Both the position numbers and the translations under genes were made by a program. From the NCBI GenBank assembly GCA_030669205.1, contig DAOVEB010000002.1:1-24000 (forward strand): DNA of 24,000 nt. Reading direction: 5' to 3'. The notes under the pieces were generated by a model. It had not been told where the DNA came from. It saw only the letters and a program-made list of their open reading frames with translations, and did no database searches. Positions 8,475 through 17,697 of this stretch are shown piece by piece (positions within the stretch are counted from its first letter, which is position 1; the number at the start of each line of letters is the position of its first letter). The stretch is from Candidatus Parvarchaeota archaeon (GTDB lineage: Archaea; Nanobdellota; Nanobdellia; JAFCGN01; DAOVEB01).

Positions 8475-11400
8475 CTATCCACCACCTGTTGTGAGCGTTG
8501 GCTCGAACTGGACATCAACCGGCGGGCAGTCCGCAGGGCAGGTGTAGCAGCGCTCGTTGTCTTGGCATATCCAGTCGCCGCAGGTTGTTGCAGCCAGCGA
8601 GCTCTGCCTCTCCTCCACGTATATCGGCACAGGCTGCCTTATGTAGGGGTTGACAATGATGTCAAATTGGACCTCCCAGGACATGGGCATCATGTACGGG
8701 TTGAAGTACCTTGTGTTCAGATGTTTGTAACTTCCACTGTCCACCATGCAGTTGATGACGTAGCCCTGCCTATCAAGGTTGAGCATGATGTCCTTCTCAT
8801 CCTTGTCCATGACGCAGGAGAAGTCGTTGTTGCTTATTCCACATGTGAAAGGTTCGACAAGCCGCGCCTCGCCACCCATTGAGTTCCTCAACGTTATATC
8901 CGGTGAGTCGATGTCAGCCTCCTCCTCAACGGTCGAGAATCTCAAGAGGTGAGAGCCGGTTCTCTGGATGCCAAGTGAGATTTCAAGTTCTCCGCGCTCC
9001 ATTCCAGTTCCGCAGGTGGTTCCAAAGACGTTCTCATAACCCTCCGAATAACCTTCGCAGTTGGAAGTGGTCCCTGAGTGGAGCCATGTCGATGCGTAGT
9101 ACTGCATCGAGCCGTTGTTGTTTATACCTGCAGATTCACACCTGTACCTATCTGGTGTGCAGAACGATATGGTTTCATAGTCCAGAATGTAGTCGTCGCT
9201 GGGTAACATGTCCAGGGAGTCAGGTAACTGGCTGTATATCTCCCTGTGGGATGTCCAGAGGTCAGAGAGGTACGCGTCTGAGACGACGGTGGGCCTGATG
9301 TCCAGGCTATAGCTGAACTTGGATGAGACATTGTAGAAGACACCGAACAAATTGGCCCAGACCGCTCCGTCGCCTGAAACCTGCCCGCTGTCGCCGTCAG
9401 TGCTGTAGCTTCCAGCAGACAAACCCGAGCTGTAGACTGTCAGGGGTGTTGCTGGATACGCAGACTGGAAGATAGTGTGTTCAACTGGTGGCTGGTTTGA
9501 GGGGTACGTATCCAAGAGGTGGAAGTTCTCGAACAGGGCAGGAATGTCCTTGTAGACGCATATCTCCCTCTCGACTGTCTGGTACCTTGAACCAGGCACT
9601 GATGGACACTCGCTTTGATCCAACAGATAGACTGAGCAGTCCACAAAGTACGGGGCAGACGAGTTATACCTGATGCTCATGCACTTCTTCAACGGCCCGT
9701 CCACCGTGAACTCCACCTCCTGGTTCTCAGACTCTGTGTCGTCCCACATGATGCCCTTTCCAACCCAGCCCGTGCCATTTGGGGAGGTGTCAGGCACCAC
9801 TGTCAGGTTGCTTATGCACGGCCCCCTATCCCAGCAGCTGAGGGAGTATGTCGCATTGACCAGAGTGTTCTCAATCACATATCTGCTGTTGTCCCCCAGC
9901 ATCGAACCCCATGACGTCTCATAGGAGATTTCAGGGAAGCCTGTGCCGTAGTAGACGTCCACAGACGTAGTTGAGGTGTCGGGTACTATCACTATCTTGC
10001 ACTGGGAGTCGCCTGATGAGAGAACCTGGTGCGGGATGGCTTCCAAGCCGTTGTAAACCACTATGCTCGCGCAGTCCGGTGCCAACACTGTTATCTCCCG
10101 CGGGATTCTCACGGATGAATGGACGTTGCAGGTGTCCCTTCCGACAAATGTTCCAGTTGAGACCGTATCAACAATAATGATTGGGTCGTTGGTTATGTAT
10201 GTTTTATCGGTTTCATTATCATAATAGACGTCCAAAACCGTGCCAAGTATCAGTGGATTCAGATTCCTATCTGTATTGACGTCTGGGTCCTCCGCATAAA
10301 ACTCAAGAAGGAACTGTTTGAAGTTGGGCGCGTCTGCGGTCTCTCCAAAGTTGTTCTCAAAGCTACCTCTCGCACCGAGGGTTACTTCACCACCTATAAC
10401 AGAATAAACTGTGTCATATTCGTTCAGGATTCCACAGCCAGGAGAATTTGCGCATTCATACTCTATAACCTTAAGATAACCATCGAACAGATTTCCCTCG
10501 TCCCTTATCTCAAGTATTGGTGAGACCGAAAGACTAGTTGTCTCGCAGTCTGCGGTGCAGTTTATCTTCCACAACACGTCAATGTCCATTGCAGACGCGA
10601 AGTTGTCGCTGTCGTCGAAAACAAAGACGCTCGCGCTGTTCAGGTCTTCAAGTTCGTCTAGGGTGAAGGTCACGATGCCATCACCATTGGTCTCATCATC
10701 TTTTGTGTGCGACTCAGTCAGCACGCACTCGCAACCCTGGAGGATATGACCAGAACCACATGCTGGGGCCTCTGTAATCAAACAGTTACACGTGCCTGTT
10801 ACGAACTGGCCGCTGGGACATACGGGCTCGGAACTGTCTGAGCACACGCCGCCTGTGCAGGTCGCAGGAGGCTCGCAACGCGCGCTGGACGTTGTCCCAC
10901 ACTCGCACGTTCCGGTGTTGAGAGTGTATCCAGAGTCGCAGGTTGGTGGTGTTCCGGGTGCGGTGGAAGTGTAATGGAGCTTCACTGTGGCTCCGGAAAC
11001 CGGGACAGTGCCGCCTATCTTCCTTACGACCGCTCTTGTGACGTCGTAATCCTTGCCGATATTTATGTGAGTTATACCGTCTGCGTCCGTTATGTTTGAC
11101 GTCACGTTCACAATCCCTTGGCACGCGCATCCAGAGAGCTGGTAGCCAAAGGAGCAGTTGGGGGTCACAGGAAAACCATCACTTAGACACTGCATACCAC
11201 TGCTGTTCACACATCTCCCAATCTCATCTTCTACATAACAGACACCAGCGAATCCATCGGTATCACATTCACCGCAGGTCGCGTCTTCCGGTTCGGTCAA
11301 GCTGAACAGCATCAAGGTATAGTCGCTGAGTCTCTGGCCAGCAGGGCCCAAGAGTACGGCTTCGTACGGGTCTTCAGAGGCAGCGACCAGACCCATGTCC

Positions 11401-14400
11401 AAGGTACCGTCAACTTCAAACTGGTACAACGTTCCGTCAAAGTTCATCGTCACGTTGAACAGTGGCGGCGAATAGGCCTGCCTCTCGAGAAGTTTGAGTG
11501 TGAGCGGCTCCTCTGTCGTGTCCATCTCAAATATGTAGTCGCTTGAAAGGGTTGTAGACTCACACACTGGTTCAGAGTTGACATCTGGCTGGGAGGTCAT
11601 GAAACTCAAGACATCGGCTCCGTGCGCAGAGATGACTGCTGAGAAGGAATCGTTGAACGTTGAGGATATGGCCGTCTCCCCGCGGACCAGGTTGAGGTTC
11701 GCGTCCAATGTTATTCCATACGCCCTTGGCAGGAAATAAAATCCTGTCCAGGAGTTTATCTTGTGGAGCGAAGGGTAGAAGTTCTGCACAGCGTCCGTTG
11801 GCTGGGACTGGCCCGTGCTGGTCCACACCACGTCAAATGAATCAGAGTCAAGCCTGGACGCAAAGCAATAGAGACAATCCGTACACGTGAGCGTCTCCAC
11901 CTGCTCGCATACTAGCATTGAGCCGTCGCAGCCAAGAGCTGTGTATCCATCATCACATCCCTTGGAGCCAGACGGTATTATATCACACTGGACTGGTGAG
12001 GTGCCGCAGACACCGTCAAAGTCTTCGCAGTCTATCCTGTACGAAGCATTTGGTGAGAGGGTGCCTGTGAAGTCTATCTCCGAGTCGCTGGCTATGCTAC
12101 TGACGTATGGCACACAGTCGCACCCACTTTTGTAGTAACCTGCGGCACAGGAGATGGTGTAGGTCCTCTCGCACTCGCAGCTTGACGGGTTGAACGTGTA
12201 GCTGCTTGGGCACTGGCCGTCGCCTGATGGGGGGACCGCACTGAACGGAGCTATTGCAAAGGGTGTATAGAAGAAACCACCGCTTGGCACGCAGTTGCCA
12301 TAGCCGTCGCAGGTCTCGTCAGAGCCGCAGAGTGAGTAGGAAGTGTAGCAGCTGTCGCAGGTGCAGTCGCCGCTGCATCGGTCGCAGAGCGAGTACTGCT
12401 CAATCTCAGTAACAACACGCCAGGTGTGAACTTCAGTGAACTCCATGTCATATACCAAGACATTGTCAAAGTTGCCGTTGAAGTCGAAGCGCGTGAGGTA
12501 GTCGTATGGTTTGGCTGGAGCTGGGGGTTGTGTGAGTGAGGTTCCGATGTCATAGAAGTAGAGTTCGATTGTCCTGTCCCATTCGCTCGCCGGCATTGAG
12601 AGGGTGAAGGTTACGTTCTCTCCAGGCGTCAATATACCATCCCAGACCGGTTCTGTGTCAGATTCGAAAACCTTCTCCATGTTTGCTGTCCTAGCAACGG
12701 CATTGGTTTTCCCAGACCAGAACCCAAGGAGTTTTCCACCACCAAACGGAGCCAGTTGGGTAGTGCCATCCAACCACTCTATTGTACCACCAGTATTAGT
12801 TACACAAGAGATGACTCCACGGTCAACTATGCTACAAATGGCATCATTAGATACGCTCGTCAGGTCGGTAAACTTGCTGGCACCAACATCCATATCAATG
12901 TCCAGTCCTCCATGGGTCACCATAACAAATGGGTCGTCTATATCTTCAGTTCCCGTGTTCTCAACAACCACCTCAATCATCACCCTGTCACTGTCATTGT
13001 TGAAGCCGACGTTTCCGCCCCTGTCCGAACAATCCGAGGATGTGGTATACCTCGTGTTTGAGTTGCAGTCATGGTACTGCTTGTAATTCCCGGCAGAGTT
13101 GAACACTCCGACTTCGGTTATGCGGGCCTCGATGTAGCCGGTGGTTGACCAGCCGTATGGGTCACAATCGGCACCAGTAAGTAACCCTCTATTCAAATTG
13201 CTACAGTAACCATTTCTACAGTCCGCATAATGTTGCCCATCATAGTCCAAAGAAGCGTCGCAGGTGCAGATTTCCTCGTCGGCGTAGTAGACCTTGTCCG
13301 TCATGAACGGGACATTATATGGATTGCCGCATGTCTCGCCGTATATACAGATGTTTTTCATGTATTCTTCCAACTCTGCGATACAAATATCCGATGCATG
13401 ATATGGTTGATAATAGACTTGGTGGAGGTAGCTAGGGCTATAATACTCATCGGCCCTAGGACAGGAATGTTCCATTATATCCAAAAACTCATCATAAGAA
13501 GCCATTGGTGAGATTGTAGAACCATCATTGGCTTCACAGTACGGCTCACAATTTGGGCACATGCAGTACATTCCAGCAGCAATGGAATCCCACCTGCATC
13601 TTGTGTAGTCATAAGGCGGAATGTCACAAATGCTATCCAAGCAACCCGGTTGCACCAATGGAACAGGGAAATATATGTAATCATCATCGCTGCAGGAGTA
13701 TTCAAGACTGTAGTATGCACCTGGCAAGTCCTGATATGTAAACCTGCTAGGAAGTCTTGAAATATCGTGTGACCCGTCTCCTGTTGTCATGGAAGGTCCA
13801 CTTGGATTCATAGTAAGCTCAATCGGGTCTATATCACCAATATCAGCAGATACCGGCATCTGAGTACCTATCTTCATCTCCTGTGCGTTCTGGTCATAAT
13901 AGTCCATAATCCAGCCACTATGTGAAAAATAAAATAGTGTACCATCATGTTTCACAGCAACTGCCCCACAATCAAGGTTGTTGGTGCAAAAATCATACTG
14001 TTCATCTGTGCCGTCCTCATCTAAATCCAATTCAGCGTATCCCAAACAAACATCACTGGAAGTCGGCTTTGTGCCACTTGGTCCAGTCATGTCGCAGACA
14101 ACATTCTGGAAAGTAGCTAAATCAGGTCCAGATGCAATTGAATTTTTCTTCACAGGGAACTGGTAATCAAAGCTGTAATCCGCGCTGCTCCTGCCGCAGG
14201 ACCACGCAGTGTACGCAGGACTGTACTCACAACTGTAGCAAGTGCCACCGTCTGCACAGCCGGAATACAGGAAATCTACAGAATGATCGCCATCCACTAC
14301 CAAGAGGTTGTTAGGACTATATGCAGTAGAACCACAGTAATATGGTGTCACTGGTGTCTCTGGTGTAGTTTCAGTTGCTCTGCAATGCTCATCACACTGA

Positions 14401-14822
14401 GTAGTTGGGGACCCTCCCTGAAATACACATTGCCCATCCATACATCCAGCACCGCTGCAGAGCTCCTGATCCAAACACCAGCAGTTTACATAGATGCCTG
14501 TATAGGTTTGAGAAGCAGGGCATCCTGGTATACCCAAACCAGCACAACTTGGAACAAAGCTGTATTCGCATCCTTGATTAAGGTCTGTCCACTGGTCGGC
14601 TGTGGTGTATGTCACCTGGTCTATACATCCGCTAATTGGCAGACCGGTGCCTTCTCTGAAGCAGTAACCTGTACCTGATGGGCACAGATTTGTACACGCA
14701 TCACACTGAACATAGCTAAGGACCGAGACATATTCTCCGCAGTCAACCTGGGAGTATACCCCCTTAATTAACAGTAGACCTAAGGACAAGAGACATACTA
14801 TGAACAAAACTCTCTTGTTCAT
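8475..14822 (-). CDS. Secreted giant cysteine-rich protein (2115 aa), mosaic of Cys-knot-like arrays and Cys-poor beta-rich segments.
   Basis: One uninterrupted 6.3-kb frame. Sec signal MNKRVLFIVCLLSLGLLLIKGVYS/QVDC. GGAGGAG Shine-Dalgarno site 8 nt upstream. Recurrent C-x-[SAD]-G-x(4,5)-G-(T)-C-x-C modules. C-terminal CGDWICQDNERCYTCPADCPP module. Confidence 0.9.
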   Translation of the reverse strand: MNKRVLFIVCLLSLGLLLIKGVYSQVDCGEYVSVLSYVQCDACTNLCPSGTGYCFREGTGLPISGCIDQVTYTTADQWTDLNQGCEYSFVPSCAGLGIPGCPASQTYTGIYVNCWCLDQELCSGAGCMDGQCVFQGGSPTTQCDEHCRATETTPETPVTPYYCGSTAYSPNNLLVVDGDHSVDFLYSGCADGGTCYSCEYSPAYTAWSCGRSSADYSFDYQFPVKKNSIASGPDLATFQNVVCDMTGPSGTKPTSSDVCLGYAELDLDEDGTDEQYDFCTNNLDCGAVAVKHDGTLFYFSHSGWIMDYYDQNAQEMKIGTQMPVSADIGDIDPIELTMNPSGPSMTTGDGSHDISRLPSRFTYQDLPGAYYSLEYSCSDDDYIYFPVPLVQPGCLDSICDIPPYDYTRCRWDSIAAGMYCMCPNCEPYCEANDGSTISPMASYDEFLDIMEHSCPRADEYYSPSYLHQVYYQPYHASDICIAELEEYMKNICIYGETCGNPYNVPFMTDKVYYADEEICTCDASLDYDGQHYADCRNGYCSNLNRGLLTGADCDPYGWSTTGYIEARITEVGVFNSAGNYKQYHDCNSNTRYTTSSDCSDRGGNVGFNNDSDRVMIEVVVENTGTEDIDDPFVMVTHGGLDIDMDVGASKFTDLTSVSNDAICSIVDRGVISCVTNTGGTIEWLDGTTQLAPFGGGKLLGFWSGKTNAVARTANMEKVFESDTEPVWDGILTPGENVTFTLSMPASEWDRTIELYFYDIGTSLTQPPAPAKPYDYLTRFDFNGNFDNVLVYDMEFTEVHTWRVVTEIEQYSLCDRCSGDCTCDSCYTSYSLCGSDETCDGYGNCVPSGGFFYTPFAIAPFSAVPPSGDGQCPSSYTFNPSSCECERTYTISCAAGYYKSGCDCVPYVSSIASDSEIDFTGTLSPNASYRIDCEDFDGVCGTSPVQCDIIPSGSKGCDDGYTALGCDGSMLVCEQVETLTCTDCLYCFASRLDSDSFDVVWTSTGQSQPTDAVQNFYPSLHKINSWTGFYFLPRAYGITLDANLNLVRGETAISSTFNDSFSAVISAHGADVLSFMTSQPDVNSEPVCESTTLSSDYIFEMDTTEEPLTLKLLERQAYSPPLFNVTMNFDGTLYQFEVDGTLDMGLVAASEDPYEAVLLGPAGQRLSDYTLMLFSLTEPEDATCGECDTDGFAGVCYVEDEIGRCVNSSGMQCLSDGFPVTPNCSFGYQLSGCACQGIVNVTSNITDADGITHINIGKDYDVTRAVVRKIGGTVPVSGATVKLHYTSTAPGTPPTCDSGYTLNTGTCECGTTSSARCEPPATCTGGVCSDSSEPVCPSGQFVTGTCNCLITEAPACGSGHILQGCECVLTESHTKDDETNGDGIVTFTLDELEDLNSASVFVFDDSDNFASAMDIDVLWKINCTADCETTSLSVSPILEIRDEGNLFDGYLKVIEYECANSPGCGILNEYDTVYSVIGGEVTLGARGSFENNFGETADAPNFKQFLLEFYAEDPDVNTDRNLNPLILGTVLDVYYDNETDKTYITNDPIIIVDTVSTGTFVGRDTCNVHSSVRIPREITVLAPDCASIVVYNGLEAIPHQVLSSGDSQCKIVIVPDTSTTSVDVYYGTGFPEISYETSWGSMLGDNSRYVIENTLVNATYSLSCWDRGPCISNLTVVPDTSPNGTGWVGKGIMWDDTESENQEVEFTVDGPLKKCMSIRYNSSAPYFVDCSVYLLDQSECPSVPGSRYQTVEREICVYKDIPALFENFHLLDTYPSNQPPVEHTIFQSAYPATPLTVYSSGLSAGSYSTDGDSGQVSGDGAVWANLFGVFYNVSSKFSYSLDIRPTVVSDAYLSDLWTSHREIYSQLPDSLDMLPSDDYILDYETISFCTPDRYRCESAGINNNGSMQYYASTWLHSGTTSNCEGYSEGYENVFGTTCGTGMERGELEISLGIQRTGSHLLRFSTVEEEADIDSPDITLRNSMGGEARLVEPFTCGISNNDFSCVMDKDEKDIMLNLDRQGYVINCMVDSGSYKHLNTRYFNPYMMPMSWEVQFDIIVNPYIRQPVPIYVEERQSSLAATTCGDWICQDNERCYTCPADCPPVDVQFEPTLTTGGG

Positions 14823-14828
14823 TCCATC

Positions 14829-14839
14829 ATCTCCTCCCC
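14829..14839 (-). promoter_or_regulatory. Shine-Dalgarno site (GGGGAGGAGAT) for the 2115-aa gene.
   Basis: Read directly in the 61-nt gap between the 937-aa and 2115-aa genes. Confidence 0.55.
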
Positions 14840-14883
14840 GCTTCCACGGACAGAATTACAGACCGTTAAAAGAACTTTTCTGT

Positions 14884-17697
14884 TCATGGTATCTCCTCCA
14901 TCTTGCCGTATGGTCCGTAGGCAGGCGCGCATTCCTCCTTAACGATGATATCCCTGGTTTTGAGGTTTTCAGATTCGTCATAGTAGTAGCACTCGTAGGT
15001 CTGCAGAGTGTCTGGCTGGTACTTCACACATATGCCAGGTGTGATGAGCCTGCAGCAGGGCGAAATTATCCTGCCGTTGATGTCCCTGATAGTCTCGTCA
15101 TGGGTTGGCAGGCAGCAGAAGTTGTTCGCGTTGCACACCATCTGTATGTCGTTGACGCCTATCCTCACAACATTGCAGTCGCATGCCTCGTCATCGGTTC
15201 CAGACAGGCATATCGAACCTATTTCATTCAGGTTTTTACATATCTCGCAACTGTACGGAGACGTGACCTCAAAGGTGCTGTTCTCTGCAAAGAGGAGCTG
15301 TATTGGGAGGCCAGCAGCCTGCGCCCTACCTGTCGGGTTAAAGGAGTAGTCGGCCGAATATGTGAGCTGTCGCGACTCGCCTGTGCAGTGGTCGGTCACG
15401 TTGACGTACAGGCTCTTCAGTTTTATCCTCCACGGATAGCCTGTGAGCGCCTCCAGTTTCGCTGGTGAGACCTCCTCGAACTCGCGGAAGAATTCTGCCC
15501 TCAGCGCAGCGTCGAACATGTTCTCGCACTCCTCATTCGGACAGAACGCGCAGTTGAAGACCTCGACGTCGGTCAGGTTGTACTTTGCGCACTCCATGTC
15601 GTCGTATGTGTAGTCCGTGCCTTCCAAGCCCATGTTCCAGATGAGCCTCGTGAGCCAGTCCTGCTTCGGGAGTATGAGGTCTTCGGTTGCGAAGCACTCG
15701 CAATCAGCCTCTCTCACGTCAACTTTGCTCTGGTCAACGGTCCTCAGATTGCAAGCCAGGTCCTTCTTGCAGTAGTAACCTGCTGGATACGTTGTGCTGT
15801 CAATGGTTCTCTCCTCAAAGTGCTCCATGCTGTAACCACTTGGGCAAGTGGCAGTTGGATGGCAGGTGCAGCCATCTGAAACCCCTGTGCAGGAGTTCAG
15901 CTCGCACTGGCAAGTGCCTGAAACTAGGGTCCCAGACGCGCAGTTTGCGTCAGTGGGTGTATAACATGTTATGACATTGCCATCGCACCTCGGAACCTTT
16001 CCACCTGTGCAGAAATCATAGTACAACACATCAATACCATCCAAACATGTCGGAAAACTTGAAATACAGATGTAGTTATAAGTTCCAGGACAGCCACCGA
16101 AGACGTAGGAGTAACTTTCTCTGTAACATTTGCCAGAGTCACATGTTATTCCTAGGCAGGTCGCATCTGTATAGCTGCAACTGTCATAACCTTCAGTCCC
16201 ACAGTAGTACTCCCCATCGCTGTACACGATGTTTTCCGGCTCGCAGTCACTGGGGTCACGCACGCACTTCCCTGAATCACACCGGTCCCCGGAAGAGCAG
16301 GCAGAACCGAGCGTCTCTCCTTCTTTGACGAATACCTGGAGCGTCTTCATGGTGACCGCGTCAAGTATGTAGTCAATCCTGTGTTCAAGCTCGTACTCCT
16401 GCCACCCAATATAGTCTGCGTACTTCCCGGCATACACGCCACTGACATAGTCCTTTGAATAGGAATACAGGTCTGGGAAACCTCCCTTGTAGCCGACCAT
16501 CGAGAGAAGTGAGAGGTAATTGGTGAGGTCGAACCTGCCTGCTGTGATGTTCATGCAGAGCCTCTCCCCCTCGCCCGGTATGAAGGTATACCCTATTTCG
16601 CCTTTGTCCACGTTGATTTCTCCAATTCTGGTGTCAACAAAGTCGAACTTGTCCCTTCTGATGTCATAGTATATCCAGTCCTTGCCGAGCTCCATGACCT
16701 TCCTCACAGCAGGCTCGAGGTAGACGGACCTTCCGGTCAAACTGCCGTACGGGTCGATGAAGACGTGGTACCTTGCTGTGCCAATCTGAATCTCGTCACC
16801 CGAACCCACAGAAGAATCCCTTATGGAAGGTGCCACATCATAGCAGTACTCGTTCGTCTGACCTATGTCAAAGGTATAAGTGGTGTCACCCTCTCCCTTG
16901 TATGAGTAGACCCCAAGATACTTGCCGCCGGCAGCCATGCATCCGGTGAAGTTGTAGCCTGAAACGTCAAACTCGTCAGTTAATGTGAGCTTTGTCCTGT
17001 TCATCGACCTGAGCTCGAGCTGGATGTTTTCTATTGTAACAGTTTCGCCGAGCGCGGATGAGACCATCTCGAGGTTCGGGTCATCGGTCGGGTCGAACTC
17101 AACTGTGCCGTTCAGATAGTAGTAGACGTCATAGGTATGCTTCAGGTACGGCCTCGAGAGCTCGGGGTCGGATATGTATTTGCTGCCGCCTGTCTCCTTG
17201 AAAACGAGATATGTCTCTGACTGCAGAGAGCCGGAAGGTGCGAGGGCGGATGCCCTTGAGAACGGGAAGTAATCGGCGAGGAGCGAGTCAACGGTCTCAA
17301 TCAAATCATTCTCATCAGGTATGCAGAGCTCACCACGGTTCTTCCAGTAACGGACAACGGTTTCGTCGTCAACTGTGGCGAAGAAGTCCGGAACTGGCAG
17401 GAACGGGAGAAAGTCGGCAACATCGATGTAGCGATAGCTTTCGGGAATCAAACACGTGTCCGGGTCCCCACCACCCACAAGACCGGTGAAAAGTATCGCC
17501 CTGTCAAGGGCATAGCGCCTCTCCTGGTCAAAGAGCAGCCTTGCTGATTCGCCGGATGAGATTGTTGTCACGAGCCTGCCCCTTATGTTGGTTGAGCCGC
17601 CGATTGTGGCTGTATAGGAGAATGTGTTCATCAGGGCCCAGAAGGTAGCAACCGCCATCCCGAGTATTATTATGAGGTTTGTCTGTGCACGCTTCAC
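14884..17697 (-). CDS. Giant protein (937 aa) with a pilin-like (class III signal-like) N-terminus and Cys-rich central and C-terminal regions.
   Basis: GTG start at 17697 immediately after the TAG of the upstream gene. The N-terminus (V/M)KRAQTNLIIILGMAVATFWAL resembles the 129-aa pilin N-terminus KAQGLPLNTIVLGALAVLV. A dense Cys block is encoded at 15694-16299. Confidence 0.8.
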   Translation of the reverse strand: MKRAQTNLIIILGMAVATFWALMNTFSYTATIGGSTNIRGRLVTTISSGESARLLFDQERRYALDRAILFTGLVGGGDPDTCLIPESYRYIDVADFLPFLPVPDFFATVDDETVVRYWKNRGELCIPDENDLIETVDSLLADYFPFSRASALAPSGSLQSETYLVFKETGGSKYISDPELSRPYLKHTYDVYYYLNGTVEFDPTDDPNLEMVSSALGETVTIENIQLELRSMNRTKLTLTDEFDVSGYNFTGCMAAGGKYLGVYSYKGEGDTTYTFDIGQTNEYCYDVAPSIRDSSVGSGDEIQIGTARYHVFIDPYGSLTGRSVYLEPAVRKVMELGKDWIYYDIRRDKFDFVDTRIGEINVDKGEIGYTFIPGEGERLCMNITAGRFDLTNYLSLLSMVGYKGGFPDLYSYSKDYVSGVYAGKYADYIGWQEYELEHRIDYILDAVTMKTLQVFVKEGETLGSACSSGDRCDSGKCVRDPSDCEPENIVYSDGEYYCGTEGYDSCSYTDATCLGITCDSGKCYRESYSYVFGGCPGTYNYICISSFPTCLDGIDVLYYDFCTGGKVPRCDGNVITCYTPTDANCASGTLVSGTCQCELNSCTGVSDGCTCHPTATCPSGYSMEHFEERTIDSTTYPAGYYCKKDLACNLRTVDQSKVDVREADCECFATEDLILPKQDWLTRLIWNMGLEGTDYTYDDMECAKYNLTDVEVFNCAFCPNEECENMFDAALRAEFFREFEEVSPAKLEALTGYPWRIKLKSLYVNVTDHCTGESRQLTYSADYSFNPTGRAQAAGLPIQLLFAENSTFEVTSPYSCEICKNLNEIGSICLSGTDDEACDCNVVRIGVNDIQMVCNANNFCCLPTHDETIRDINGRIISPCCRLITPGICVKYQPDTLQTYECYYYDESENLKTRDIIVKEECAPAYGPYGKMEEIP

